A stretch of 40,792 nucleotides of DNA from Octopus bimaculoides (GCF_001194135.2 NC_068995.1:7401584-7442375), one strand, 5' to 3'. Positions 1-12,776 are shown, counted from the first letter of the stretch. Notes: a model not told the origin generated them from the sequence alone. Translations and numbers: made by a program.

Positions 1-59
<59 letters not shown>

Positions 60-406
60 CACAAACATTCACACACAAACACGCATACACACACATACAA
101 ATGCACATAAAAAGAAGGTTAGGAATCCCATCGTAGGCTTCCATTAGAATGACAACCGAGAATTACGACATGTTGATGACACTGAATTGTAAGATTAATT
201 TGTGTGTGCTGCATTTACAAAGAAGACATTTAAAAAAAAAACGGTTTTGTATTAGCATTGTGATTATATAGGTCAGAACGGAAGAAAGACCGGAAGTAGG
301 TTGCCGAGTCGCTTTCGTTAGAAAGGTTAAACACATACAGTATATATGCAAACACACACACATATATATATGTATGTGTGTGTGCATGTGTGCATATATA
401 TATCCA

Positions 407-476
<70 letters not shown>

Positions 477-875
477 ATTATCTATCTATCTATATATATA
501 TATATGCATATGTATATATATATAAATATAGATATATATGCACACACATGTACGCGTGTATGTATGTATATGAGGTTGTGGTTGTATATATGTGTTTGTG
601 GATGTTAATGCGTCGCTGAGTGACAATGTGTGAATGCATGAAGATCATTGACTCACTGACGAATGTTTGCATCACATACAAAACCACATCACACACACAA
701 CACACTCACATAAAGACACATAAACACACACACGCAGGTATTTTACTTCCTGGTTGATGTTTTACTTCGCCCAAATTCCTAGTTTCACCCAGAATTGTAT
801 TGGATTAAGCGAACACGCGAAAGCAGGGTACTCGGAATTGCCCCGACTTCTATCATCAATATGTATGAAGATGAA

Positions 876-1106
876 GGCGTGAGCTGGCAGAGACGTTAGC
901 GCGCCGGGCGAAATGCTTAGCGGTATTTCGTCTGTCTTTACGTTCTGAGTTCAAATTCCGCCGAGGTCGACTTTGCCTTTCATCCTTTCGGGGTCGATGA
1001 ATTAAGTACCAGTTACGCACTGGGGGTCGATATAATCGACTTAATCCGTTTGTCTGTCCTTGTTTGTCTTCTCTGTGTGTAGCCCCTTGTAGGCAGTAAA
1101 GAAATA
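876..1106 (+). mobile_element. tRNA-type SINE, family A (near full length); a second truncated head follows at about 1107-1171
   Basis: A-box-like TGGCAGAGACGTTAG and B-box-like GTTCAAATTCC. The core GACTTTGCCTTTCATCCTTTCGGGGTCGAT recurs in several copies in this window. Confidence 0.85.
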
Positions 1107-1177
1107 AGAAACGTTTGAACTCCGGGTGAAGTGCCTAGCGGTGTTTCGTCTGCTGTTACGTCGTCCTGAGTAAGAAA

Positions 1178-1308
1178 AAGAAGAAGAAGAAGAAGAAGAA
1201 GAAGAAGAAGAAGAAGAAGAAGAAGAAGAAGAAGAAGAAGAAGAAGAAGAAGAAGAAGATGATGATGATGACGATGATGAAGAAGAAGAAGAAGACTATA
1301 TATATATT

Positions 1309-1366
<58 letters not shown>

Positions 1367-1367
1367 T
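1178..1367. repeat. (GAA)n/(GAT)n then (GATA)n microsatellites
   Basis: Direct reading. Confidence 0.95.
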
Positions 1368-2612
1368 AGTGAAATAGATATATGCGTGTGTGTGCCTCAT
1401 GTATGCAATAATTTGTGTTCTACATTTATAACATTCCTCATATGTACGAAATAATACATAATTGCGATGACCCAGATTAACAACAAACATAGCATTATTA
1501 TCTACTTAGTTCTGGAAGTTTTATATATAAACGTATTCGTTTATATTTGTAGGTATAAAGCTATTTATTTATACAATCCATTCGTTTAAATTGCTAAATA
1601 CGTCGGAATTGCAATGTAGTCAAGGCATGCATTGGTACTAACATATGCATAAAAACAGTCTAGCCTACACACATACAAATGTATTCGCAAGCGTATAGCA
1701 AACTATCTATCTACCCACACAGACACAGACACACAGAAACAGACACGTAAGTATATATNNNNNNNNNNNNNNNNNNNNNNNNNNNNNNNNNNNNNNNNNN
1801 NNNNNNNNNNNNNNNNNNNNNNNNNNNNNNNNNNNNNNNNNNNNNNNNNNNNNNNNNNNNNNNNNNNNNNNNNNNNNNNNNNNNNNNNNNNNNNNNNNNN
1901 NNNNNNNNNNNNNNNNNNNNNNNNNNNNNNNNNNNNNNNNNNNNNNNNNNNNNNNNNNNNNNNNNNNNNNNNNNNNNNNNNNNNNNNNNNNNNNNNNNNN
2001 NNNNNNNNNNNNNNNNNNNNNNNNNNNNNNNNNNNNNNNNNNNNNNNNNNNNNNNNNNNNNNNNNNNNNNNNNNNNNNNNNNNNNNNNNNNNNNNNNNNN
2101 NNNNNNNNNNNNNNNNNNNNNNNNNNNNNNNNNNNNNNNNNNNNNNNNNNNNNNNNNNNNNNNNNNNNNNNNNNNNNNNNNNAAGGTAACCACTCCTGAA
2201 GAAGTGCCAAACGTCTAAATCCAATGGACCAGTCACTGGATAAGTTTGGCACAGAAATGTTAACATAGAGTGGTGAATAAATCGATATATCGAATTTGAA
2301 GTCTCTGTCTCTTTTGAATATGAAAATTTAAAAGTTTAAAAACGTTATGATATAAATATAAACTGTGAGAACGACCCTTAAGGAATCTAATTAATGATCT
2401 CCCAACGTAAGTTCTTATGCTATATTGGTAACGGTTGCTACATCCTCTGGGAAAATTATTATATATATATATATATATAACTTTTATAAGTAATATTCTA
2501 AAAGAATATATAACTGAACTTATATTGAGTGCTCAATTATTTTGATCAAATAAATGAGTATATTATTGATAAGTTTATGAATTTATTAATAATACAAAAA
2601 CACACGTATATA

Positions 2613-3017
2613 TATATAGGTGTATTAGAATCTGACAGAGTACTAACTACAGAAATTGAGAAGGAATACATTGAAAGAGTGAGGAAGCTAATGAAGCCAG
2701 AGCTAAATGGCCCGAATCTAGTGAAGGCTGTAAATATTTGGGCAGAATCATTATTTAGCTACTCAGCAGCTTTTGTAGATTGGACAAAAACTCAATTAGC
2801 AAAGCGAGATAGAACTAGCAAGGAACTCAATATGAATGGAGGACTTCACCCAAGGACAGGAGTAGCAAAGTTATACCTACCTAGAAAGGAAGGCAGAAGA
2901 TGGTTAATATCGGAAGATGGTTAATATCGGAAGAAGGCTGCTTGGAGTTAGCTAGAGTAGATATAGACTCCTATGTAGGTAATAATGAAGAAAGTTTATT
3001 AAAAGCTGTTAGAGTCA
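2613..3017 (+). mobile_element. Non-LTR retrotransposon fragment, Dong/R4-like, RT thumb region, frameshifted
   Basis: Translation IGVLESD...EYIERVRKLMKPELNGPNLVKAVNIWA...DWT...LHPRTGVAKLYLPRKEGRRWL continues in another frame as ISEEGCLELARVDIDSYVGNNEESLLKAV. This matches the R4/Dong pattern YLG.LE...EY..R.R..L...LN..N...AIN.WA...HP...RLY..R.EGGRGL. A 17-bp tandem duplication (2898-2931) shifts the frame. Confidence 0.8.
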
Positions 3018-3129
3018 CAGCAAAACCAAAAACCCAAACGAATGTTACTTGTTGTAGCCCGATATTCGGATTTTTTCTTTTCCAACACCTAATCTGTTGA
3101 GTGTATATGAAAATAACAATAATAATAAT

Positions 3130-3276
3130 CCATTCTACTAAAGGCACAGGGCCCAAAATTTGTGGGGAGGCGACTCGTCGATTACATCGACCCCAGTGTT
3201 TCACTGGCATTTAATCTATCGACCCCGAAAGGATGAAAGGCAAAATCGAAATCCCGGCAGCATTTGAACTCAAAAC
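3130..3276 (-). mobile_element. SINE family A, 5'-truncated, reverse orientation
   Basis: Reverse complement reads GAGTTCAAAT...TTTTGCCTTTCATCCTTTCGGGGTCGAT...CACTGGGGTCGATGTAATCGAC with an (ATT)n tail. Confidence 0.8.
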
Positions 3277-3526
3277 ACTTATGGTGTTATAATGTGTGAG
3301 AGAGATAGAGATAGAAAAAGAGAGGAGAGAGAGAGACAAATAGACAGAAGTAGATATATATATATAGAGAGAGAGAGAGGGAGGGACAGAAGGGGAGAGA
3401 GGGAGAGCAAGAGTAGATAGATAGAGAGGGAGAGAAGGAGAGTGAGAGAAGCAAGATTCTCGTTAACATCCTGTTATTGGATATTTGATTTTAACCACCT
3501 TGGAATTTAAAAAAGAAAAAGAAAAA

Positions 3527-3605
3527 GCAAACTGGACCCGAGCAGGATTTGAAACTAGAACAGGAAGTGCCGAGACAAATACCGCAAGGAATTTGCACAA
3601 CGCTA
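3527..3605 (-). mobile_element. SINE family A head fragment
   Basis: Reverse complement CTTGCGGTATTTG...GTTTCAAATCCTG...GTTTGCTTTTTC is similar to the 876 copy. Confidence 0.5.
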
Positions 3606-4758
3606 TTTTGAATTTCTTATAAGAATCATCGTCGTCATCATAAAACATTGAAGTGATGATCAGCATCGATATCACCGTCATCACCATCATCATCATCATG
3701 GACATTATCATCATCGTCATCATAATCATCATCNNNNNNNNNNNNNNNNNNNNNNNNNNNNNNNNNNNNNNNNNNNNNNNNNNNNNNNNNNNNNNNNNNN
3801 NNNNNNNNNNNNNNNNNNNNNNNNNNNNNNNNNNNNNNNNNNNNNNNNNNNNNNNNNNNNNNNNNNNNNNNNNNNNNNNNNNNNNNNNNNNNNNNNNNNN
3901 NNNNNNNNNNNNNNNNNNNNNNNNNNNNNNNNNNNNNNNNNNNNNNNNNNNNNNNNNNNNNNNNNNNNNNNNNNNNNNNNNNNNNNNNNNNNNNNNNNNN
4001 NNNNNNNNNNNNNNNNNNNNNNNNNNNNNNNNNNNNNNNNNNNNNNNNNNNNNNNNNNNNNNNNNNNNNNNNNNNNNNNNNNNNNNNNNNNNNNNNNNNN
4101 NNNNNNNNNNNNNNNNNNNNNATATATATATATATATATATATATATATACGTCTATAGACATAAACACATATATGCATATACAGAGATAAACACACCCT
4201 ACATGTATATGAATATATATATACACACACACACACATATATACATAATATATATATATATATAGATAGATAGATAGATATATACATATGTGTGTATTTA
4301 TATATGTATATACATGTGTTTAATTATCTCTACATATGCTTATGTATATATGTATGTATGTATATATATATACTGTGTATATTGATACTTATATATCGAT
4401 ATTTATCTATATATATATGCATATGTATATTGGTGTATGAATATATACGCATATGTATATATATATATATGTGTGTTTGTGTGCGTGTGTGTACATGTGA
4501 AAATAAATGTGTGTATATGTATGTATATATATTCATATATGTATATAAATATATATATATGCATATTTATATATATATATATGTATGTATATGAACATAA
4601 TATATATATATGTATATACACGCACACATACACTCAAACACTCGTATGTGTATGTGTATACGCATGCGTGGTTTGTACGAAGAAGGCGGTCGAGAGAGAG
4701 ACATATAAAGCAGGACGGATTTTGGCAAACGCATAAAAATTGAAATAAAGAGCAACAC

Positions 4759-4844
<86 letters not shown>

Positions 4845-5425
4845 GCACGCACATATACACAGACAGACGTACACTAACATACGTTAGTCGCCATATCTTA
4901 TTGACTCTAATATTTCTAAAGTTAATCCTTTTAAACTATGAATAACTTTATTTGTTTTCTTTAGAAATTTGTAACTGTTTTTTTTTATTGTGTATGGTTA
5001 CCTAGTGGAGGGTCTTTGATATTTAATAATTTTCTTTTTTTATAATCATTTCATTATACCTCATACAATGCGGACAGTCATTAATTCGAGTGTACAAAAC
5101 ACGGAAAACTGTTTACCCACATTTCAATAATGTCCACGCATATACATATACATGATTATACAAACGTACGTGCGTACATATGCGTATATATATATGCACA
5201 CATACACATAAAGACAAGCATATATATATACATATATATATACATATATAGACATATACTATACAGTTATGGTCATTCAGTGACAGAAGGCAACACATTA
5301 ATACATACGAATATATATTTTATAACTGAATAAAAAAATATTCGGTTTTACCTATTTAAATATCTATCTATCTATATATATATATATATCTATCGATCGA
5401 TCGATCGATCGGTATACATGTGTGT

Positions 5426-5494
<69 letters not shown>

Positions 5495-5899
5495 CTAGAT
5501 AGATTGTGTAATAAATAAAAGAAGCAGAAAATGGATTTAACGCAATGTTTTATTAATCGTAACAATCGTTTCGACGCATCTTGCATCGGTTGCTCAGAAG
5601 CGAGATACTGTACAACTGGTTGTGGTGCTTCGTCCGGTGCCAATGTGTTACGTCAGGTGACTTTCCAAATGGTACCTCGTTCAATAAACTCAGCTTCACT
5701 TGGTTCTTTTATAATGCATGTAACTAGTCACCTGAAGTTGGTTACCCACAGCTCCCGTCGTTTGAAACCATAAAAAGTGTAAGCAATCAGCTACAGGTAA
5801 ATAACAAGATGCATTATAACAACCAAGCGAAATCTCTCTATTTCTCTCTTTCTCACAGTCTCTTTCTCTCTATATATATGCACGCGCGCGCGCGCGTAT

Positions 5900-6100
5900 G
5901 GGTATCTTTGTATCCGTGTTTGTCCCGCTGCCAAAGCTTGACAAACGATGTTGTTGAGTTTACTTAGCGCTCCAGCGAAACAGACCGATAAAATAATTAT
6001 CATGCTTTAAAAAGAGAAGTACTGGGATCAATTTATTCCACTAGAATTATTGGAAGCGGTGCGTAGTCACGGTCTACTTACTAAAACGAGACATAAAAGA
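5900..6100 (+). mobile_element. SINE family C 3' body
   Basis: GTGTTTGTCCC...GCTTGACAA...GACCGATAAAATAA...AGTACTGGG...GCGGTGC, homologous to the other family C copies. Confidence 0.6.
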
Positions 6101-6153
6101 GACACACATATAAATATAAATGTGTATACATACATGCATACATACATACATAT

Positions 6154-6221
<68 letters not shown>

Positions 6222-7010
6222 GTATGTTTTTGCATGTGTGTGTGTGTGTGTGTGTGTGTTGTGTGTGTGTGTAGTTTGAAAGAAATATACCTGTTTTAAA
6301 CCATTTTAAAATTTCCTGAAATGTGCTAATTTCCAGTTAGGAAAACGTGAAAAGGAAGTTAAGCGCACCGTACTGCTGCGGCTGCGTAACTTACTTTCAA
6401 TGTCACCAAGGTCATAGAAAGAATTTTTGAGTGAGTTATGGAATGCGACTCCGATTTAAGCGGAAAATGATTTGCTAAGTAATACTTAGCACCGTTTCCG
6501 CCCCATACAGCTTCGCGTTGAGACTCAATGCTAATGTAAAAGTACAATCGTTCCGATCTTTTTTTTTTCTTTCATTTATTGTGTAACTTTACGTTAGAAG
6601 TGAATGATCGGAGATATGATGAAAGCTATTTCATGTATGATAATTCCGTCCTCTGTTCGTAAATTGAGAATCTAGAATTACATTATCGAATGTACGTCGA
6701 CTACCGTCGCATTTTAAAGACAATGAGGGGGATGGTGTCTGTATATTTAGTTACTGTCTCTATTTGTAGCTGGTGGAATAACTACGATAAGGTACGTTTG
6801 TTGACTCGCCTGTCTAATGTAGATGGGATATACGGACATATTCGTTAAAAATTTAGCGGTGTATATAGATGCATAAATATCCATGTACACGCGCACGCAC
6901 AATCACATATCTGAAATCGGAAATTTCACCTGCGGAGTGCCCCGCGGTAATATCTTGCATCCGCCACTATTCGTTCCGATGTCTGCAACATTCGAACACA
7001 CACATATGTG

Positions 7011-7075
<65 letters not shown>

Positions 7076-7076
7076 G

Positions 7077-7124
<48 letters not shown>

Positions 7125-7162
7125 GTATACACAGACACACACGCATCATCGGGTAAAGGATA

Positions 7163-7460
7163 AAGGGCTTAGTGGGTAGGGTAATCGAGTTCAGTTTCTG
7201 GAGACGGGTTGTATCCTTGAGCAAGACACTTTATTTCACGTTGCTCCAGTCCACTCAGCTGGCAAAAATGAGTTGCACCTGTTATTCAAGAGGAGACAGC
7301 CTTGTCACATTCTATGTAACTCTGAATCTGTCTGAAAGCTACATTAAGGGTACACGTGTCTGTGGAGTACTCAGCCACATGCGCGTTAATCTCACGAGCA
7401 TGCTGTTCCGTTGATCGGATCAACTGGAGACCTCGTCGTCGTAACCAACGGAGTGCCAGT
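7163..7460 (+). mobile_element. SINE family B (central CCTTGAGCAAGACACTT...CCAGTCCACTCAGCT domain) followed by an (ACT)n(AAT)n tail
   Basis: tRNA-like head remnant; the central domain is shared with the copies at 25510 (-) and 35043 (+). Confidence 0.7.
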
Positions 7461-7469
7461 TATATATGA

Positions 7470-7470
<1 letters not shown>

Positions 7471-7528
<58 letters not shown>

Positions 7529-7585
7529 ATAATAATAATAATAATAATTATAATAATAATAATAATAATAATGATAATAATAATT
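7471..7585. repeat. (ACT)n(AAT)n compound microsatellite
   Basis: Direct reading. Confidence 0.95.
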
Positions 7586-7967
7586 GTTTATATGTCATGC
7601 GATATGAAATCTGCGATCGGTTTCAAAGACTGATTCATCAGGCGGTGAAACTGTAAATGTCACATGAGTTGTCAAACATGGCGTAGTGTTAACATTACTC
7701 TTAATAAAAAAATCAGAAATACTCTTATGATGCTGCTGTAATAGATTTAATAAATGTTAACAGGATAAATGTTTATTATGAAACATTTATGAAACGTCAT
7801 GCAGTGCAATGTTAAAGGCGATCAGGCCAATGTGGGCAAGCCCCCTCTCTCTCTGTCTCTCTCTGTGTCTCTCTCTCTGTATATGCATATATATCATACA
7901 TCATATATATGTGTGTTTGTGTGTGTATGTCTGTGTGTATGTGTCTGTGTGTGCGTCTGTGTGTGTG

Positions 7968-8035
<68 letters not shown>

Positions 8036-8474
8036 CATGTATATACATATACGAAGTTAGATATTCACACGCTTTAAACGTGTTAATATANNNNNNNNNN
8101 NNNNNNNNNNNNNNNNNNNNNNNNNNNNNNNNNNNNNNNNNNNNNNNNNNNNNNNNNNNNNNNNNNNNNNNNNNNNNNNNNNNNNNNNNNNNNNNNNNNN
8201 NNNNNNNNNNNNNNNNNNNNNNNNNNNNNNNNNNNNNNNNNNNNNNNNNNNNNNNNNNNNNNNNNNNNNNNNNNNNNNNNNNNNNNNNNNNNNNNNNNNN
8301 NNNNNNNNNNNNNNNNNNNNNNNNNNNNNNNNNNNNNNNNNNNNNNNNNNNNNNNNNNNNNNNNNNNNNNNNNNNNNNNNNNNNNNNNNNNNNNNNNNNN
8401 NNNNNNNNNNNNNNNNNNNNNNNNNNNNNNNNNNNNNNNNNNNNNNNNNNNNNNNNNNNNNNNNNNNNNNTATG

Positions 8475-8554
8475 TATCATCATAAATATACAGGGATTAG
8501 CATTGAGTTGCTTCTCCAACACTCACTGCTAATCCCTGTATATTTATGATGATA
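8475..8554. repeat. 80-bp palindrome: 34-bp stem with 1 mismatch and a 12-nt loop, next to an assembly gap
   Basis: TATCATCATAAATATACAGGGATTAGCATTGAGT (8475-8508) pairs with ACTCACTGCTAATCCCTGTATATTTATGATGATA (8521-8554). Confidence 0.9.
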
Positions 8555-8658
8555 AATGGTTTTACCGATAAAGGTTTTTTCATACTGAACTACTTGGCAA
8601 AAGTGTTAATTATTAATTCTATTACTAATTGACGATTCCCTGCCCTTATTCTTGTATA

Positions 8659-8694
<36 letters not shown>

Positions 8695-9025
8695 TGTATG
8701 TATGTGTGTATGTATGTATGTATGTATGTATGTATGTATGTATGTATGTATGTATGTGTGTGTGTTTGTGTGTGTGTGCATGTATATATAACTGTTGTAG
8801 TATATTAACTCGTTTAGAGAGTGTTAAATCTTGCTTTAGATGATTGAATTCATAAATTGATATTTTGAGTGCTATAATTTTTTTAGGAATATTTTCCCCA
8901 TTGTCATGACTCAATACTTCTCGAAGTCTCGAATCGTTTGCCCGAGTTGAATTCCATTTCTTTTTTTTCTTCCCCTTCCAAAATTGCAACCGTTATACGT
9001 CTAGTCGAAAATTATTAGACATGTA

Positions 9026-9124
<99 letters not shown>

Positions 9125-9602
9125 AAAGAGAGCCTTATTGCAAACTATGTTTTAATACCAACTGAACTACTTTGTAATCATACAGCATAATATCCCATAT
9201 GATTTTCAACAAATTACAAAAAAATGAAAAACGAAAAAAGAAATAAAAGATTTTCTCAGTAAGGTTAAATGGAGCATGTGATACGGTGATGTGATAAAAT
9301 ACCTGTACGATGATATTATGCAATTATTTCCAGTAATATCTTATATTTATTATTAAAGGATATCAATATGTTCAGGAAATCCAATATTTGTACATAAATA
9401 ATGTATTTTTCCTCCCTAAATAATATTATTCTCATTACAAGGAAAATCAACCAAATTCTTCCCTGTCGTTTTGCAGACAAACCAATAATTTCCTATAAAT
9501 GTGATCCAAAAATGTCATAGCAAATACTAAGTATATATGAATTCTTCGTGGAACAACCTTATTTTTTTTTTTTTACTTTTGCTTTCTTTCTTTTTTGCGT
9601 AG

Positions 9603-9719
9603 ATTCTTTGGTTCGAGCAGCAACAGATCAGAAAGCGGGCCAAACGAAATTCAGAGGTTTTGCAACTTTACAGAAAAGACGCCTTTTCAGACACTCTTTG
9701 GAGCGAAGAATGGTATTTG
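9603..9719 (+). CDS. PCSK1: Convertase exon: prodomain end and autocatalytic cleavage site, ILWFEQQQIRKRAKR|NSEVLQLYRKDAFSDTLWSEEWYL
   Basis: Long pyrimidine tract then ...gcgtAG|ATT; donor TTG|GTAAGT; 117 nt, phase 0/0. Matches the PC1 pattern V.W.EQQ...R.KR...F.DP.W..QWYL. Confidence 0.93.
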
Positions 9720-10056
9720 GTAAGTGTCGAATTAGTAAAGGAATTACATGCGATATGTGAACATGTATTTAAACATTACACTATACGACACAAACACAGA
9801 CGCACACACGCACACACACACACACAAATTTACAGAGAGAGAAAGAGTCGATAAAGAGTGAAACAGTGTAGGAGGGAGAGATAGGAAGGAACAAATGAGA
9901 GAGAGGATACTGTTGAATAAGGTCATAGAGGGTGCTGTGTCAGACTGGTAGAGATACAGTAAGAAAACTGTATAAGGAGAGAGGTGGATAGAGAGAAATA
10001 GAGAGAGAGAGAGAAATTAAGGCGAATGTGAAAGGAGGAAGAAATGAGAGAAAAAT

Positions 10057-10130
<74 letters not shown>

Positions 10131-10298
10131 GGGGGTATGAAGACAGAAAAAGGAAGAGGTAAAGAAGAGAAATAGAGGGTGAGAGAGACGAATCAGACAT
10201 AGAATTACTCGTGTTAAGACACTGACAGAGTATATTTCCTGAAGATCGCTTATGACATAAAACTTGCTCTTCTCCATATCTGTAAACATTTTCACACA

Positions 10299-10487
10299 TG
10301 TAGTAAAGATTGTTCGCCAATGTAACTTGGCAGTCCTGGCTTAGGACTAATGTTGCTGTAATTTAGCCCCAGGAGACATCGTCTCCAGCTGGCTATACGA
10401 CACGATCTGCGTCCTTATAATTTCAAATAGCAACATTCGTCCTAAACTAGGACTGCAATATTATGTTGGCAAACAATCTTTACTACA
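10299..10487. mobile_element. MITE-like element, 189 bp, with 59-bp terminal inverted repeats
   Basis: 10299-10357 versus the reverse complement of 10429-10487 gives 50/59 identities with no gaps. There is no coding capacity, and a small internal hairpin GGAGAC-ATC-GTCTCC. The target-site duplication is ambiguous (possibly TA). Confidence 0.75.
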
Positions 10488-10739
10488 AAGTACTGTTGCT
10501 GATTATCTCACGTTGTGAGATTAAAAAATAGTAATTGTCTAATTTGCACACGTTTGCTGATATAAACATATGTAAACATACAAACCTGTGAATATACACA
10601 AATATATATATACACACAGACGCGCATATATCTACACATCTATATCTTTATCTACATATATATATATATACACACACACATACAGTGTATAGATATGTTT
10701 TATATATAATGTATACAGTATAGACATACATACATATAT

Positions 10740-10831
<92 letters not shown>

Positions 10832-10900
10832 GGTATCAGTATAGAAATGAGATGCTCAGTGTCATCACTAAAAAATGGTCCTTTATTATTTCTTTTACAG

Positions 10901-11000
10901 AGAAACCCCAGATCTTTAAAAGACGCCGATCTCTTAGTTCTTCCATGCTGGGCCCAGAACATTACTGGAAATGGTATCGTAGTCACGGTCTTGGACGATG
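10901..11000 (+). CDS. PCSK1: Convertase exon with catalytic Asp: RNPRSLKDADLLVLPCWAQNITGNGIVVTVLDD(G)
   Basis: Acceptor ttcttttacAG|AGA; donor GATG|GTATGT; 100 nt, phase 0/1. Contains the subtilase TG.G.VV.VLDDG motif, in a different frame from the listed ORF 10852..11049. Confidence 0.95.
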
Positions 11001-11090
11001 GTATGTAGTTTTCTGCTTTTTTGGAAAGACATCGATGGTGTTATTCTGACTTTGTGTTTTCTCTTCAATATCTAAGTCTTTTGTTTTAAA

Positions 11091-11240
11091 GGTGGTAGAA
11101 TGGCAGAATCAGTAGGAAGCTGGATAAATTGTTTCACGGTATTTGTTCTGACTCAGCATTCTGTGTTCAGATCACATTCAGACCAGTTTTAATCTTTCAT
11201 GTCTCCAAGATTGTTAAAATGAAGTTCAAGTACTCATAAA
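11091..11240 (+). mobile_element. SINE family A, degenerate
   Basis: GGTGGTAGAATGGCAGAATCAGTAG...CGGTATTTG...GTTCAGATC is similar to the 876 copy. Confidence 0.55.
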
Positions 11241-12742
11241 ACAAAGTACAGGCTACTGACGCTGGTTTCATTAACAGTTCTCTCCCCTGAAACAACAGCG
11301 GCGGTGAAAACAAAATCTTCAAATTAAACCGTACTGTTTGATTCTAGGGAACTTTCATTGCTGTTGTTTTGTGTATCGAAGCCCTCTCATGTCGAGTAAA
11401 CATATAATGAAATGCATTCCAGATGTGACCATCATAACATTGTTTAGACATGATATCTTATTTGTCCTTTCCGTACACAACTGAGACACCACCGCTTAGG
11501 TACCTATAGAGAATGGAGAACGCAACTGCACGAAAACTACAAAATGGCGACTGCTACCCTGCGCATAATAATCTCCCATGAGTCTTTACGGATAAGGTTA
11601 TTTCAGAAGGGCGATATTTCGTCGTGTTAGAAACATATGGCATCGCGGCCATAGAAATATAAGGTTCGTCATCTGTTTACGGTTCCAAGAATTTCAAGGC
11701 TTCATTTTCACTGGACTTAGACTCTAGTGAGGTAGGATGCTGCACCGAACGACCAGCTTAAATCCCTCTTCTCTGACTCCCTTGCTCCTTAATAAGACGA
11801 GTTGAAACAACTGGTGGGAGTTTACCGGGTATGCAGTGAAGTGACTAGATCGATATATGACCAAAGAGATCTATGATCTACATCGTACCCTAATGCGTTT
11901 TACACTGACGTTTCTGAACATCTTCTTAGGTTCGCTGAAACTTGAAAAAACCTACTACTGTGTTTTTATGGAAAAGTCCACATGAATTTCAGTATACATA
12001 TATGTAGGGGACAATCCCTTAAAAAATTTACTAAGAATTTAAAACTTATAGACAACAATCAGTTATATTATAGATGTTGAACAAAACCCTCAAAAGTAAC
12101 GATTTAAAGATGGCAGAGCGTAACTTGAGAGAAATTTGTCTGGTATTTCTCGTCTGATTCGCGACCACGTAGATTTACTATCTAACTGATTATTGTTGTT
12201 TCTGTTGTTGCTATTGTTGTTGTCATTGTATGGACGCCATCTTTATCGTTCTTCATGCGCAATCCTGAACCAAAAGATTAAATAAGGTAAAAAGTCACTG
12301 GTGCCGTTTCATTCCTAATACTAACAGGTCGAACGAAGAGTAAATACATCCGGAAACACCATATTCAAGATTTTTAAAGTTTATTCAAATGCAAAAAAAG
12401 AATAATAATAATAATAACTAATAAAATAAAGCATTTAGTGTTTTATTAAAGAGAGGTAATTAAAATTAAACAGAGGTAATTAAAGCGAAAATTACTACAG
12501 TAATAACATTCGTCTAGAGATTCGGTTTTGAAGTAATGACAAAGAGACAGAATAGGTAATTGCTTCTTAAATCTTTCATTGACACACAAATCTACACACA
12601 TACACATGCATTCCTATATTCAAATATGATCTGTATATACACAAATAGATACGTATGTGCATAGATGTACATGTATGTTTGTATGCATGTATCTATGTAC
12701 GCTTGCATGTATACAAGTATATATGCTATAAGTATGTATGTG

Positions 12743-12776
<34 letters not shown>

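Noticed and set aside
2183-2191. AAG|GTAACC immediately after gap 1759-2182 as the donor of a hidden prodomain exon
   Set aside because: Only three bases of the putative exon are visible, and such motifs are common by chance.
5531-5800. 80-aa ORF MDLTQCF... with nearby donor-like CAG|GTGACT and CAG|GTAAAT as convertase exon 1
   Set aside because: No frame gives a Met-initiated signal peptide followed by the prodomain WAV/GG pattern. It could be a non-coding 5' exon, but the sequence alone cannot support that.
10852-11049. Listed ORF MLSVITKKW...GLGRWYVVF as a signal-peptide exon
   Set aside because: The real exon (10901-11000) reads in another frame and gives the LDDG motif.
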